This document shows positions 10,599-20,526 of a stretch of 64,000 bases of DNA, piece by piece. Positions within the stretch are counted from its first letter, which is position 1. Each line of letters opens with the position of its first letter. The position numbers and the translations under genes were made by a program. Under the pieces are notes generated by a model. That model was given only the letters and a program-made list of their open reading frames with translations, searched no databases and had not been told where the DNA came from. Source of the DNA: a virus (taxonomy: Duplodnaviria > Caudoviricetes); IMG/VR virus record IMGVR_UViG_3300015607_004593, positions 157,971 to 221,970 of that record; one strand, 5' to 3'.

Positions 10599-10651
10599 TT
10601 TATACCTCTTTTTCTGAGATAAAATATAGAATTAAAAAATTTATAAACTTA

Positions 10652-11701
10652 TTACTTTCTAATAATCCCTAAAAGGAATTCTCTAACAAATGGAGTTATT
10701 GCTCCTTTCATATAAGAAACATCACGGTCTATAATATCTTCATTTTCTTTATCCTTAACAAAATCATTGAGTATATCATTAAGATACATACCTAGTATCT
10801 TACCAAAATTTTTCATTTCTACTTCTTCAAGACCAATCTTTGAAACTAAAGAATTATATCTGTTTAAATTAATATATTTTTCTTTTATCTCAGAAATCCA
10901 TTCTGATAGTGTTCCTTTATTTTCTATTTCCTTTGGTTCTTTATAAGAACGACATTTCATATTTTCAGAAAATAATTCATATTTGTTCTTAAGTATAACC
11001 CGTTCTGAATTTCTTGCAAGTATAATTTCTTCTTCAAAGGGTCTAATTACTAATCCTTCTGCAAAATTATTTTCAAAATTATAACCGAAAGATTTTGCTA
11101 CTTCTGATAAAAATTTCGGTGAAAACTTCAAACATTCCCTTAATGTTCCTTTTACTAAGATTGGACAAATAGGTATTTGAACATTAGAAAGATATTCATT
11201 ACAGATAGATAAAGGTAAGAATGTTTGATTGTTGATTAAAATATCAAATCCCATAAATTCAAGGTCTGGTGTGTAAAAAACTCCATCTTGAACCTTAGAG
11301 ATTTTTGATTGAATCAAATTATTTGAAGAACCACCAAATAATTCACCGTAGACTTGAATTTGATTGATTGTTTCATTTAGATGCTCTTTAAGCATTTTAA
11401 AAAGTATAATAACATTATCTTTATACTTTTCAAAAACAATATGAGAAGAAAAAAATGATTCTTCTTTTGAAATAAATCCACTTCTTTTTCCACAAACAAC
11501 ATCAATCCCATTAGTTATAAATGAAAAATTTGCACCGTGAATTTTTTCAGAACCAACCCAAACAAGATTAGGTGAAGTGTTAGATTCAATCTTTATTATA
11601 TTTTTTTCTCTGTATGAATTTTCAATAGAAGAATATTTTGAAAAGATTATATTGTTTGACATATTAATTTCTCTTTTTAATTTCTTGCCAAGCAAGAACA
11701 T
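10652..11701 (-). CDS. rnlB: RNA ligase 2 (Rnl2)
   Basis: YSSIEN, EKIHGANFS, YGELFGG, FDI, AEGLVIRP, LKNK. Confidence 0.92.
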   Translation of the reverse strand: MFLLGKKLKREINMSNNIIFSKYSSIENSYREKNIIKIESNTSPNLVWVGSEKIHGANFSFITNGIDVVCGKRSGFISKEESFFSSHIVFEKYKDNVIILFKMLKEHLNETINQIQVYGELFGGSSNNLIQSKISKVQDGVFYTPDLEFMGFDILINNQTFLPLSICNEYLSNVQIPICPILVKGTLRECLKFSPKFLSEVAKSFGYNFENNFAEGLVIRPFEEEIILARNSERVILKNKYELFSENMKCRSYKEPKEIENKGTLSEWISEIKEKYINLNRYNSLVSKIGLEEVEMKNFGKILGMYLNDILNDFVKDKENEDIIDRDVSYMKGAITPFVREFLLGIIRK

Positions 11702-12095
11702 CTGATGTTAGTGTATAAACTACTCTTTTAATATCAAATTCAGTTATACATCTCAAACAACCAGTACATGGATATGAAAGTCCCCAACCATTTATGATAG
11801 AACCATCTTTTCTTTGAAAAGACCTAACTCTACAAATATAGAGTGTAGATTTTGAAATCTCTTCTAAAGAAGATCTTTTTAGCGCACGGTGAATAGATGA
11901 AACTTCAGAATGAAGATAGATAGTTTCTTCTTTTCTCCTGTATTTTTTTTGAAAAGGATGTGATTTTAAAGTAGCAAATCCAAAGGAAAGAATTTCATTT
12001 TTCAGAACCAACATAGAAGATATTCTTACATGAGATACTTTCGGCAATTCCCATGCTATATCAGACAATATTTCAAATGCTCTTTTATCTTTCAC
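11664..12095 (-). CDS. Cytidine/dCMP deaminase-like Zn protein
   Basis: HSE and PCTGC motifs, IKRVVYT. Confidence 0.75.
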   Translation of the reverse strand: MKDKRAFEILSDIAWELPKVSHVRISSMLVLKNEILSFGFATLKSHPFQKKYRRKEETIYLHSEVSSIHRALKRSSLEEISKSTLYICRVRSFQRKDGSIINGWGLSYPCTGCLRCITEFDIKRVVYTLTSDVLAWQEIKKRN

Positions 12096-12223
12096 ATTTG
12101 CCTACATTTTTTTGTTTAAAAATTTAATTAAATCTTTTATAAAGAATCCCATAACAAAACCGATAAAATAATTTAATATAATCCAAATAAAAAGAATATA
12201 ATAAGATGTCATAGAATTATACT

Positions 12224-12427
12224 TTAAGAAATTATTTTAGAAATAGACAAAGAAGCTAGATATTCTTTTGCTCTTTCAATAGAAACAGAACCAAGAAATA
12301 ATTTGAAAAGTATTTCATATTCTTCTTCAGATAATTCATCTGGAAAATATTTTCTAAGTTCTTCAGGAGAAATAATTCTTTGTTTAACATTGTTAAGTAA
12401 TTGATCAATAATTGTTGCAATTGTCAT
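12224..12427 (-). CDS. Hypothetical protein
   Basis: ORF with upstream GAGAG. Confidence 0.45.
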   Translation of the reverse strand: MTIATIIDQLLNNVKQRIISPEELRKYFPDELSEEEYEILFKLFLGSVSIERAKEYLASLSISKIIS

Positions 12428-12678
12428 TTAAATCTCTCTCTTTTTTAAGAAGAAAAAAAGAAACGCTTTTTTAAAAAAGCGTTTCTTTAAACGAAACAGT
12501 CTTAACTTTTCTATTGTGAATAGTTAGGTTTGTTCCTTGTAAAAAGAAAATCTTTTTAATAACCTTTTAGGAATTCTTAGTGGATAAATCTCATAAAGAT
12601 TAAGGAGAATTCCTAAAAGAATTCCTATACCAAATAATTAAAGTGATAATAAAATAAACAAGATAGATTTCATCGGAA

Positions 12679-12930
12679 TTAAACCTTTAGTATTTTTAAA
12701 AACAGTGATTTAAGGTAAATCATTACCTTACACAAAGGTTCAACAACAAACTTTGAAAATAACTCTTCAAACAACATATAACTCCTCACAAAAAAACTTT
12801 CAGGAAATATCAAAGGTTTAAGTTTAAAATCAGACAATGAAATTATTTTTCTTAAACATTCTATTAATGCTCCTATTTGTTCAAATAGGAGCAATGTTAA
12901 TATGAATATTAATAACATTGATAATAACAT
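12679..12930 (-). CDS. Small membrane protein
   Basis: Hydrophobic N-terminus. Confidence 0.5.
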   Translation of the reverse strand: MLLSMLLIFILTLLLFEQIGALIECLRKIISLSDFKLKPLIFPESFFVRSYMLFEELFSKFVVEPLCKVMIYLKSLFLKILKV

Positions 12931-12937
12931 AAAACTT

Positions 12938-13105
12938 TTATTCTTTCTTTGAAAAAGAAGATTGGCGAGAAATAATTTCCTTCATGATAGGGTCAACAAT
13001 TAATGTTGAAAATAAACCCTTAAACAATAGAGATAATTCTGTAAGGTTTTGTCCAATGACAATTCCAATTACAAAAACTGCAACAAACATTAAGAAATAC
13101 AACAT
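12938..13105 (-). CDS. Small membrane protein (55 aa, not in ORF track)
   Basis: MLYFLMFVAVFVIGIVIGQNLTELSLLFKGLFSTLIVDPIMK..., AGGAG RBS. Confidence 0.55.
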   Translation of the reverse strand: MLYFLMFVAVFVIGIVIGQNLTELSLLFKGLFSTLIVDPIMKEIISRQSSFSKKE

Positions 13106-13111
13106 AGTAAT

Positions 13112-13243
13112 TTACTCCTTTTTTGAAAGATTTTTAAGAACATAATTTTCAATTTCTTTTTCGTTTGAATAAAAGAATTTCAAATATTTAAAAAAACCTG
13201 CAATGACTATAAACAAAATCAAAATTAATAACAACAATTTCAT
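13112..13243 (-). CDS. Small membrane protein (43 aa, not in ORF track)
   Basis: MKLLLLILILFIVIAGFFKY..., GAGGAG RBS, sigma70-like promoter upstream. Confidence 0.55.
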   Translation of the reverse strand: MKLLLLILILFIVIAGFFKYLKFFYSNEKEIENYVLKNLSKKE

Positions 13244-13325
13244 TTTCTTCTTACTCCTCTTTAGAACTTGTTAAAAACAATATAACAGAAAAATAGAAAA
13301 AAGCAAGAATTAGAATATTATTTTT

Positions 13326-13538
13326 TCAGATAATGAATTTAGAAAAAATCCTCTGTATATAACCATCTATATCATTTTCTTCTTCAGGTGGTATATACAT
13401 TAAAAGAATGTCTTTATTTACAAAATAAATTTTACAAATTTTCCAATCTCCTGGATATATCTCCATAGAAACTATATTATCTACATTTATATAATGAATT
13501 TGTTTTCTTGTGTCAAGAACTCTTAGTAATTTAGCCAT
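13326..13538 (-). CDS. Hypothetical protein
   Basis: ORF with GAGG RBS. Confidence 0.5.
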   Translation of the reverse strand: MAKLLRVLDTRKQIHYINVDNIVSMEIYPGDWKICKIYFVNKDILLMYIPPEEENDIDGYIQRIFSKFII

Positions 13539-13573
13539 ATTTAAAATGAACCTCTTTTATAAAAATAAGTAAA

Positions 13574-14161
13574 TTAAAAAAAATTACTGTAGATAGAATT
13601 TTGTTCTAAAAATGTTTCCATTTCAAACATTTTATCTAAACAATCCTGTAAAGAAACAGGGTAATAATTCCAAAAATCAACTCCCACATCTAATCTTCTT
13701 TGTTTGTAATGAGGAAAATAAGTATATTGATTACAATGAACATGTCCATGAAGATGATAGGCTCCTTTTGCTAACCTATTCCATGAAGATTTTGGAAAGT
13801 GAGATAATAGAAATATTTTTTCTTCACAAGATATAGATAATGATTCTTTTACTTGATTCCAATGCTTAGATTTTTTAATTTCACGATTATCATGATTTCC
13901 TTGAATTAAAATTTTTATTCCATTTAATCTTGAAAGAATAGATTCTGATTTTTCTTTCGAGAGATTATCAAAAGAAAAATCTCCAAGGTGATAAACTTCA
14001 TCATTACGTCTAACTTTAGAATTCCAATTTAAAATTAATGATTCATTCATTTCCTCTATAGTTAAGAATGGGCGTGAACAATACTTAATTATGTTTGAAT
14101 GAAAAAAATGTGTATCTGAGACAACAAATGTCTCAGATAATCCTTTTATAGATTTTCTCAT
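13574..14161 (-). CDS. Calcineurin-like metallophosphoesterase
   Basis: SDTHF, HLGDF, GNHD, HGHVH, DVGVD. Confidence 0.9.
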   Translation of the reverse strand: MRKSIKGLSETFVVSDTHFFHSNIIKYCSRPFLTIEEMNESLILNWNSKVRRNDEVYHLGDFSFDNLSKEKSESILSRLNGIKILIQGNHDNREIKKSKHWNQVKESLSISCEEKIFLLSHFPKSSWNRLAKGAYHLHGHVHCNQYTYFPHYKQRRLDVGVDFWNYYPVSLQDCLDKMFEMETFLEQNSIYSNFF

Positions 14162-14460
14162 GACCTAATTAAATCAACTCCTTTATCCAATAATTCTATT
14201 AGAGTTTTTTTTACCATTTCACCTACAAGATTTATAAACTTTTCATCATCTAAGTAAATGATATGATTATCATCTTCAAAAACTATTTCATAGGAAAGAA
14301 ATGAATCTTCATTTTCATCTATCTTTTCTGAGAACTTAAAATCAAAAAGATTGAAATTAATATGACTATATTCATCATCTGATAGATGAATAGAGAATTG
14401 TTCATTAAAACAAATTTCGTTATTAACACACACTTCGTTATCTTCTGAAACAAGATTCAT
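14158..14460 (-). CDS. Hypothetical acidic protein
   Basis: ORF in operon. Confidence 0.5.
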   Translation of the reverse strand: MNLVSEDNEVCVNNEICFNEQFSIHLSDDEYSHINFNLFDFKFSEKIDENEDSFLSYEIVFEDDNHIIYLDDEKFINLVGEMVKKTLIELLDKGVDLIRS

Positions 14461-14475
14461 AGTTTTTATCCTTTT

Positions 14476-14838
14476 TTATTTTAAGTAATAGGCTATTGCT
14501 TTTAATAATGATTCTTTTGTTAATTCTTCTTTTTGATTTTCAAAAATTAATTCCATAATACATCTCATAAAATCACATTCATCTTTATGAACTACTGAAG
14601 AATAACTAGATTTTATAAAATAATCATCAATATCTCTTTCTATCTGTGCTGTTGCAAAATCTAATTGTTGTTTTGTTTTTATTGATTTATTTTTAATTAA
14701 GGCTAAAACTTTAATGAGAGATTGATTTATTTCACAATAGGAAATTTTTTTAGGAAAATTTAAAAAAAATCTTGATATGATTTGAAACATAGGGTCTTTC
14801 TTTACTTCACTTACGAGCATAAAAGGGGTTTGATTCAT
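14476..14838 (-). CDS. Hypothetical protein
   Basis: ORF in operon. Confidence 0.5.
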   Translation of the reverse strand: MNQTPFMLVSEVKKDPMFQIISRFFLNFPKKISYCEINQSLIKVLALIKNKSIKTKQQLDFATAQIERDIDDYFIKSSYSSVVHKDECDFMRCIMELIFENQKEELTKESLLKAIAYYLK

Positions 14839-14897
14839 TTTAAAATTGTTTTCCTTTTTTCCCTTTTTTAAAAAAGGGAGTAATAAGATAAAGAGTT

Positions 14898-15668
14898 TTA
14901 AATTTCATCTAAATCTATAATCAAAGAAAACTTATGATTTTGTTCTTCATCATTTTTAATTTCTCGATGATAACCATAAGGATTACAAACAACATTCATT
15001 CTTTCTTTTAACTTATAAGAAAATTGTTCATGAACATGACCATGAACATAAAGTAAAGGTAGATATTCTACTTCAATTTCATCTAAAACAGGTTGCACAT
15101 AGTAAGGAACTATTTTTGAATCAAGATATTTTTTAGGTATAGAAAGAGAACAAAATGAAAAATGAGAAATAAAAATTACTTTTTTTCCTGAGAAAAATTC
15201 TAAAGAAGATTTTAACCAGTTCTTTGTTTTTAGAAATTCATCATGACATTTTTTCTTAGTAAATTTTTCAATGAATTTAAAATCATTACTATATTTCTGA
15301 ATATCGGGAATATCAAGAGCTGGCGACCAACCTGTTGCACCTAAAAAAACAACATCATCCAACACAATTGATTTTTTTTCCAAGAAAAAAACATTAGATT
15401 TAAACTTATGAAAAAAAGATTCTGTGTCTTTTCTTAAAGACACAAAAGATTGATTGTAGTATTCATGATTACCATAAACAAAAATAACAGCCTTATAAAC
15501 ATCTGCATAGAAAGACAGACAAAATTTTAAGGCTTGGGAATTTCCCACATCTCCAGCAATGATAAGAACAATATCCTTACTATCTTCAGGTATATAAAGA
15601 GGAAAGGTTTTTGTTAAAAACAATTTATTAATATCTAAATGTAAATCTGAAATGATTTGTACTTTCAT
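14898..15668 (-). CDS. Metallophosphoesterase
   Basis: SDLH, AGD, GNHE, HGHVH, CNPYGY. Confidence 0.9.
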   Translation of the reverse strand: MKVQIISDLHLDINKLFLTKTFPLYIPEDSKDIVLIIAGDVGNSQALKFCLSFYADVYKAVIFVYGNHEYYNQSFVSLRKDTESFFHKFKSNVFFLEKKSIVLDDVVFLGATGWSPALDIPDIQKYSNDFKFIEKFTKKKCHDEFLKTKNWLKSSLEFFSGKKVIFISHFSFCSLSIPKKYLDSKIVPYYVQPVLDEIEVEYLPLLYVHGHVHEQFSYKLKERMNVVCNPYGYHREIKNDEEQNHKFSLIIDLDEI

Positions 15669-15736
15669 CTTCTTTTCATCCTCACTTTTATCAAAATTTA
15701 AACTCTAATATATCTTAATATATTTTATTTTATAAA

Positions 15737-15922
15737 TCAACTACTATTTTCAATTTTTGATGAATTTTTTTGAATTGAAGAAAATATATCAATAGGAAAT
15801 CTTAATTCTTTTTCGTGTTCAAATGAATCATTGGCTGATGAAGCTATTGAATTTAATAATTCATGTTTTCTTGAATAAGAGAAATGTCTAATGTGAGGTA
15901 ATCTTTTTCTATGTAATTTCAT
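15737..15922 (-). CDS. Hypothetical protein
   Basis: Short ORF. Confidence 0.3.
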   Translation of the reverse strand: MKLHRKRLPHIRHFSYSRKHELLNSIASSANDSFEHEKELRFPIDIFSSIQKNSSKIENSS

Positions 15923-15937
15923 AAATGTATTGATTTT

Positions 15938-16516
15938 TTAAAGAGAAAGAACATTCTTTACTTTTTCCGATTCAAAAGAAAGAAAAGGAATATATTTTTC
16001 TATAGAGAACTTTAATTCTAAAAAAACAATATCATCACTATTAAGAGGAAACAAAGAATAGATTAAACACAATGATTCTAATGTCAATTTCTTATTATAA
16101 TAAAGATAAAGTAATTCTCTTATATTGTTTTCTTTGAATATATTTACAAGAGGTTTATGATGATTTTCTTCATAAGCAGAACATTGCAATCTAAGTATAT
16201 AATATTTTTCTTCACAACATTGTTTCCATAAATTGAATTCATCTTTTGCAGTCTCAGAAAGAAAAAAAGAACAATGAATTTTTGGAACCCTAGATATTTT
16301 TGAAAGAAATAAACCCAAACATTCATCATAAGAATAAAGTTTTCCTAGTTTTTCATAAATCCAATAATCCTTATGATTATTCTTTAATTTTGTGAAAGTT
16401 CTTCCTTTACTTCTAAAAAAGGAATAGTTTTCTTTTAAAAAATGAAAAGATAATGATTTGAATAAATTATAACATTGTTCAGGTGACATAGAACTTATTC
16501 TATTGTTTAGAAACAA
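15938..16516 (-). CDS. gp59: Helicase loader gp59-like
   Basis: Y..F..L..HF...YSFF...G, D...YEKL.K.Y, LTLESL, KYIPFL; adjacent to gp33. Confidence 0.7.
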   Translation of the reverse strand: MFLNNRISSMSPEQCYNLFKSLSFHFLKENYSFFRSKGRTFTKLKNNHKDYWIYEKLGKLYSYDECLGLFLSKISRVPKIHCSFFLSETAKDEFNLWKQCCEEKYYILRLQCSAYEENHHKPLVNIFKENNIRELLYLYYNKKLTLESLCLIYSLFPLNSDDIVFLELKFSIEKYIPFLSFESEKVKNVLSL

Positions 16517-16815
16517 TCATTAAAATTTGTTTGAGTAAAATGCTCTTTTAATAATCTTAACTTATTTGCCTCAGAAGTAATTTTTAAAAGAAGAGATTTA
16601 GATAACATATCAACAATTTCATCTTCATCTACTTCATTCTCTTCACAAAAATATACAATAGTATCTATATAAGAATCATTATGAGATTTTCTATTCTTTT
16701 CAACATATAATTCAAAAGATTCCTTTGAGAAAAATTTATCATCTTTGATTAAAGTTTCTGCAATAGTAATAGTATTAGACATTTTATTTTCTTTTTTAAG
16801 TTCTAATAGTGTCAT
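16507..16815 (-). CDS. gp33: Late promoter transcription coactivator gp33
   Basis: F...VE.....SYIDTIVYFCEENEVD....LSKSLLLKITSEANKLRLLK. Confidence 0.85.
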   Translation of the reverse strand: MTLLELKKENKMSNTITIAETLIKDDKFFSKESFELYVEKNRKSHNDSYIDTIVYFCEENEVDEDEIVDMLSKSLLLKITSEANKLRLLKEHFTQTNFNDCF

Positions 16816-17059
16816 TAATATTAGGATTGATTCTTTTATAATGTTTCTTCATGGGTTCAAGAATCCCTTCTCGAAAATCAGAAGGAACTTTTGACCTATG
16901 ATTAATACCAGAAACTAGATTCGGTGAAGGCATTTGAATCTTTGCTGCTTTTGAAAAACAAGATGGACACTCTTTCAGAATATCCTTCACATCATCATAA
17001 ACACAAATTTCTTCAAAAACAAAATCACATTCATTACATTTGAAATCATAGATTGCCAT
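16796..17059 (-). CDS. FmdB-family zinc-ribbon protein
   Basis: MAIYDFKCNEC...CPSC, KVPSDFRE. Confidence 0.85.
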   Translation of the reverse strand: MAIYDFKCNECDFVFEEICVYDDVKDILKECPSCFSKAAKIQMPSPNLVSGINHRSKVPSDFREGILEPMKKHYKRINPNINDTIRT

Positions 17060-17064
17060 ATTGT

Positions 17065-17814
17065 TTAATTATCCTCATTTTCTGTTAAAACCTCATCAGT
17101 ATAATTTTGATTCTCTAATCGTTTTTCTTCTCTTAGAATATTTCTAAAGGTTTTTATTCTATTGTGAAGAGTTCCGAAATACTTTTCAGGAGAAAATAAT
17201 ATAGGTTCATGTGTTGTATCACTATAAGAAAATAAAATTAAACCTTTGTTAATTTCTAAAGAAAATAATTCATGAACCATCAAAGAATAGATTAAGATTT
17301 GAAGAGCATAATCTTCACACCACTCTATTCTTTTCTTTTTCTTTGAAGTTTTTAAATCACAAACTATAACATTTCCTTCTTTATCTTTATAAACTAAATC
17401 AACTGAACCTGCTAACTGTAAGGTATGAGAATAAACCATAATCTCAGAACCTAGAAAAACATCTACTTTTTCTTCTAAAAATTCTTTTATAGGAATAAAC
17501 CTTTCTTTGAGATAATCATCGCCATCAAACAAATCTTCAGAGAATTTATTTAAAAGAAATAATTCAAAAATACGATGTAACTTTTTTCCAAATGTTGTTG
17601 CTTCTTTTGATACTTTATCAGCTTCATCTTTTCCAACTCTCTTTCTCCAATCATTTAAGGTTTTTTTATCTTTTTCAGATTTTGTCTTTGAGAGAAATGT
17701 TGTAACAGACGTATATTTTTCTCCTCCTTCCAACTCATAATATCTTCTATTTTCAAGAGTTACTTGATTTATGTTTGCCGATTGTAAAATTGGTGAATTA
17801 AATTCTTTTTTCAT
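17065..17814 (-). CDS. PD-(D/E)XK exonuclease
   Basis: YTSVTT, WRKRVG, G..LH, AGSVDL, DLKTS, YALQ. Confidence 0.85.
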   Translation of the reverse strand: MKKEFNSPILQSANINQVTLENRRYYELEGGEKYTSVTTFLSKTKSEKDKKTLNDWRKRVGKDEADKVSKEATTFGKKLHRIFELFLLNKFSEDLFDGDDYLKERFIPIKEFLEEKVDVFLGSEIMVYSHTLQLAGSVDLVYKDKEGNVIVCDLKTSKKKKRIEWCEDYALQILIYSLMVHELFSLEINKGLILFSYSDTTHEPILFSPEKYFGTLHNRIKTFRNILREEKRLENQNYTDEVLTENEDN

Positions 17815-17912
17815 TTTTTCTTTTTAATTATTTTTATTTGTCTCTATGTATATAGTATAGAGACAAATCAAAAAACAACAATATATTTTTTTATCTTAAA
17901 AACAAGAAAAAC

Positions 17913-18079
17913 AAAAAAGTCTAGGTTTGCCAAAAAATGAATTTTTTTAATTTTTTTCTTGTTTTAATTCAAAGACTTACGAGGGTCATTTTTACGTTTT
18001 TTTAAGGGGTGGTAGTCTAGATACCCCTTTTTTTCAAAATTTTCATTTTTTTAAAAACCTCTTGAAAAACAAAGGGTTA
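17913..18079 (+). repeat. Dispersed intergenic repeat, copy 1
   Basis: AAAAAAGTCTAGGTTTGC...TTCAAAGACTTAC.AGGGTCATTTTTACG...GGTGGTAGTCTAG...TTTTCAAAATTTTCATTTTTTT; near-identical to 37040-37206 (inverted) and 43404-43570. Confidence 0.9.
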
Positions 18080-18206
18080 TTTTTTTAAAAAAAATGAAAA
18101 AAAATCACATAAATATATAGGCAAGTGATTCAAAGAGGAACTTGGAAACTTCAAAGAAAGACCTTTCCTTTTTATGTTTATCTATTATTTTATTTCTAAA
18201 AATAAA

Positions 18207-18225
18207 CTCACTTCATAGTAAGGAG
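18207..18225 (+). promoter_or_regulatory. ROSE-like RBS-sequestering hairpin upstream of hsp20
   Basis: CTC(A)CTT-catagt-AAGGAG pairs the SD with one bulged base. Confidence 0.4.
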
Positions 18226-18233
18226 AAGCTATT

Positions 18234-18743
18234 ATGTTTTATAAAACTCAATCTACTACCTATCCTTCACAATTAACTATTCCTGAATCTTTTTTCAATG
18301 TAGTTAGTAATATGGATACGGCCTTTAAAGAAACTTCAAACAATTATCCTCCTTTTAATCTTATTCAAATCGGAGATAATAATTATAGGATTGAAGTTGG
18401 ATTATCTGGTTTCAAGTTATCTGAATTAGAAGTTATTAAAGAAGGAAATTTACTTTCTTTGAAAGGAAATCCTAAGAAGAAAGAAGAAACTGAAGCTGTA
18501 AAATATCATCATAGAAAACTTTCAAAACGTTCCTTTAAATTAGATTTTACTTTGGGGAGGGATGTTTTTGTTGAAGATGTTTACCTTGAGGATGGAATTC
18601 TTTTTATTAATTTAAAACGAGTCATTCCAGAAGAAATGAAACCTAAGAAGTTTGAAATTTTTCAAAGACCATACTTAGAAGAAAATGATAGTTCTATTAT
18701 CAAAAAAATTGAAGATAAGGTTGAATCTCTTTCTTCTGAATAA
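18234..18743 (+). CDS. hsp20: Small heat-shock protein Hsp20 (IbpA-like)
   Basis: NYPPFNL, YHHRKLSKRSF, LEDGILFINLKRVIPEEMKPKKFEI. Confidence 0.92.
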   Translation: MFYKTQSTTYPSQLTIPESFFNVVSNMDTAFKETSNNYPPFNLIQIGDNNYRIEVGLSGFKLSELEVIKEGNLLSLKGNPKKKEETEAVKYHHRKLSKRSFKLDFTLGRDVFVEDVYLEDGILFINLKRVIPEEMKPKKFEIFQRPYLEENDSSIIKKIEDKVESLSSE

Positions 18744-18760
18744 TCTATAGAAATTGTTTG

Positions 18761-18799
18761 AAAAAAAACTCACATCATTTAAGGTGTGAGTTTTTTTTT
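18761..18799. terminator. Bidirectional intrinsic terminator
   Basis: AAAAAAAACTCACATC/GGTGTGAGTTTTTTTT between convergent genes. Confidence 0.75.
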
Positions 18800-18823
18800 G
18801 GTTAAAATTATTCTTTCTTTAAA

Positions 18824-20011
18824 CTATTTTTTCCATGAGGTTTGATCAATAGTTTCTAAACCTAATTTATTTAAAATGAAAGAAAGTGTTTCCTTGTTTT
18901 TAAAAACAAAATCAGAATGAATAATAAAATCATTTTTTGTTAAAGAATTTATTAGCTCCTTCTTTGAAAGAGAAGGATTGAAAATTTCTTTAACTTCTTT
19001 TTCAGATAATTTTAAAATATCATCCTTTGAAAAAATCTTTTTTTCATGAAAAGAAGATGTTTTAGGAGTTATATTTTCAAATATCTTAAGAAGTATTAAA
19101 GCCTTTGGATTTAACCAAAGAGCTTGTGTTTTAACTTTCTCATGAATTATTCCATATCCGGGATCAATCAATCCTAAAATTTCTAAATCTTTAAAAAGAA
19201 TTGATCTCCACTTTGTTGTATTGATATTACTATGAAGAGATTTTTCTGTGAGATAAAGAGAAAGTATTTGAGTAAATGAAAATAACTTTGAAGCAGGTTT
19301 TTCTTTATTTAATTTATAGGTATCTAAGATAAAAGAAGAAAATTCATCCCAAGATTTAAATTCTTTTTCTCTAAATCCTTTTCCAATGATAAATCCATAA
19401 ACAACATGCTTAAAAGATTTTTCTGAATTTGAACCTTGAGAATCTAAACCTTTCAATAAAATTTCTGTTCTCCATGATTCTTGTTTTAATTTTTTATAAG
19501 CCGGGTCTGAATATGGAGTTTTCTTTAATTTATCTTCTATGAAAGATAGAAAACTTTTAACTCTCGCTTTCTTTTCTTCTCTTTCTTCTTCTCTTTCTTC
19601 TCCATGATTCAATGATTGATTGATAATCATAGATGAATAGATAGATTCTAATCTTTTTAAATCTTCTTTAAAATCATCTTCTGAATAAGAATCAAAATGA
19701 ATAATTCTTTTTGATGTATCTTTTACAATAAAAACACAAATAAACTCTGCTTTGTTTTGAAAAGGAATAGAAGAAAAATCTTTTGTTTTTTTAATAGAAT
19801 CAAAATAATATTGTAAAGGATATGAATAGATTCCAATAGGAGTTTCATAATAACGATTAATAGGATTAATACCTAATTTATGTACATTTGTAAATGTAAA
19901 ATAAGTTGTCTTAGGGTCACAAGATAAAAGATAATCAATAACTGATTTATCCTTTGAAAGAACAAGTTGTTCAGGACTTCTTTCTAAGAGAAATACTTTA
20001 AATGTTTTCAT
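18824..20011 (-). CDS. Hypothetical protein, candidate internal head protein
   Basis: N-terminus MKTFKVFLLE resembles the T4 capsid-targeting sequence. Confidence 0.5.
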   Translation of the reverse strand: MKTFKVFLLERSPEQLVLSKDKSVIDYLLSCDPKTTYFTFTNVHKLGINPINRYYETPIGIYSYPLQYYFDSIKKTKDFSSIPFQNKAEFICVFIVKDTSKRIIHFDSYSEDDFKEDLKRLESIYSSMIINQSLNHGEEREEEREEKKARVKSFLSFIEDKLKKTPYSDPAYKKLKQESWRTEILLKGLDSQGSNSEKSFKHVVYGFIIGKGFREKEFKSWDEFSSFILDTYKLNKEKPASKLFSFTQILSLYLTEKSLHSNINTTKWRSILFKDLEILGLIDPGYGIIHEKVKTQALWLNPKALILLKIFENITPKTSSFHEKKIFSKDDILKLSEKEVKEIFNPSLSKKELINSLTKNDFIIHSDFVFKNKETLSFILNKLGLETIDQTSWKK

Positions 20012-20017
20012 AGTTTA

Positions 20018-20509
20018 TTATTTCTGTGTTCTTATCATTTCTAATAATTCTTTTGTTGAACCCTTAAACATAATATTATTTTGAATATTTGTTTGATTTT
20101 GAGGATTACTATTTTCATTCTTTTGTTTCTTATTGTTTCTTATAGTAGATTTAAATTCATGTAAAGAAAGAAGGTCTTTAGCGGCTGATGAAATAGCAGT
20201 AATGAGTGTAGAAATAGCTTCAAATGCACGGGGAGAATCTGTTTTATTAGAAAGGTCAACAATACTTTTCATTGTTGTTTTAGATGTTTCTAAAACAGAA
20301 GAGATTGAATCTCTAGCTAATTTAAAATCTTCATTCAAAATTTCTTCTTCATCTCCTTCTTCTTTGTCTCCTACAAATTCTTTTTCAATATCCGTCAAAC
20401 AATTTTTATCATTTTGAATGATAATTTCTTTTTTTTCTTCCTCTTGGTATTGCCTAAGAGAAGGGTTAAAAAGTGTAGCAAAGCTTTCATTGCACATCAA
20501 ATCTTTCAT
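20018..20509 (-). CDS. gp16: Terminase small subunit gp16
   Basis: DFKLARDSI, SPRAFEAISTL, NNIMFKGSTKELLEMI; follows gp15; start taken at MKDLM. Confidence 0.85.
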   Translation of the reverse strand: MKDLMCNESFATLFNPSLRQYQEEEKKEIIIQNDKNCLTDIEKEFVGDKEEGDEEEILNEDFKLARDSISSVLETSKTTMKSIVDLSNKTDSPRAFEAISTLITAISSAAKDLLSLHEFKSTIRNNKKQKNENSNPQNQTNIQNNIMFKGSTKELLEMIRTQK

Positions 20510-20526
20510 AGTTCTTTTTCTTCTTT

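Noticed and set aside
17065-17814. Cas4
   Set aside because: It lacks the four-Cys Fe-S cluster pattern and is an ordinary phage PD-(D/E)XK exonuclease.
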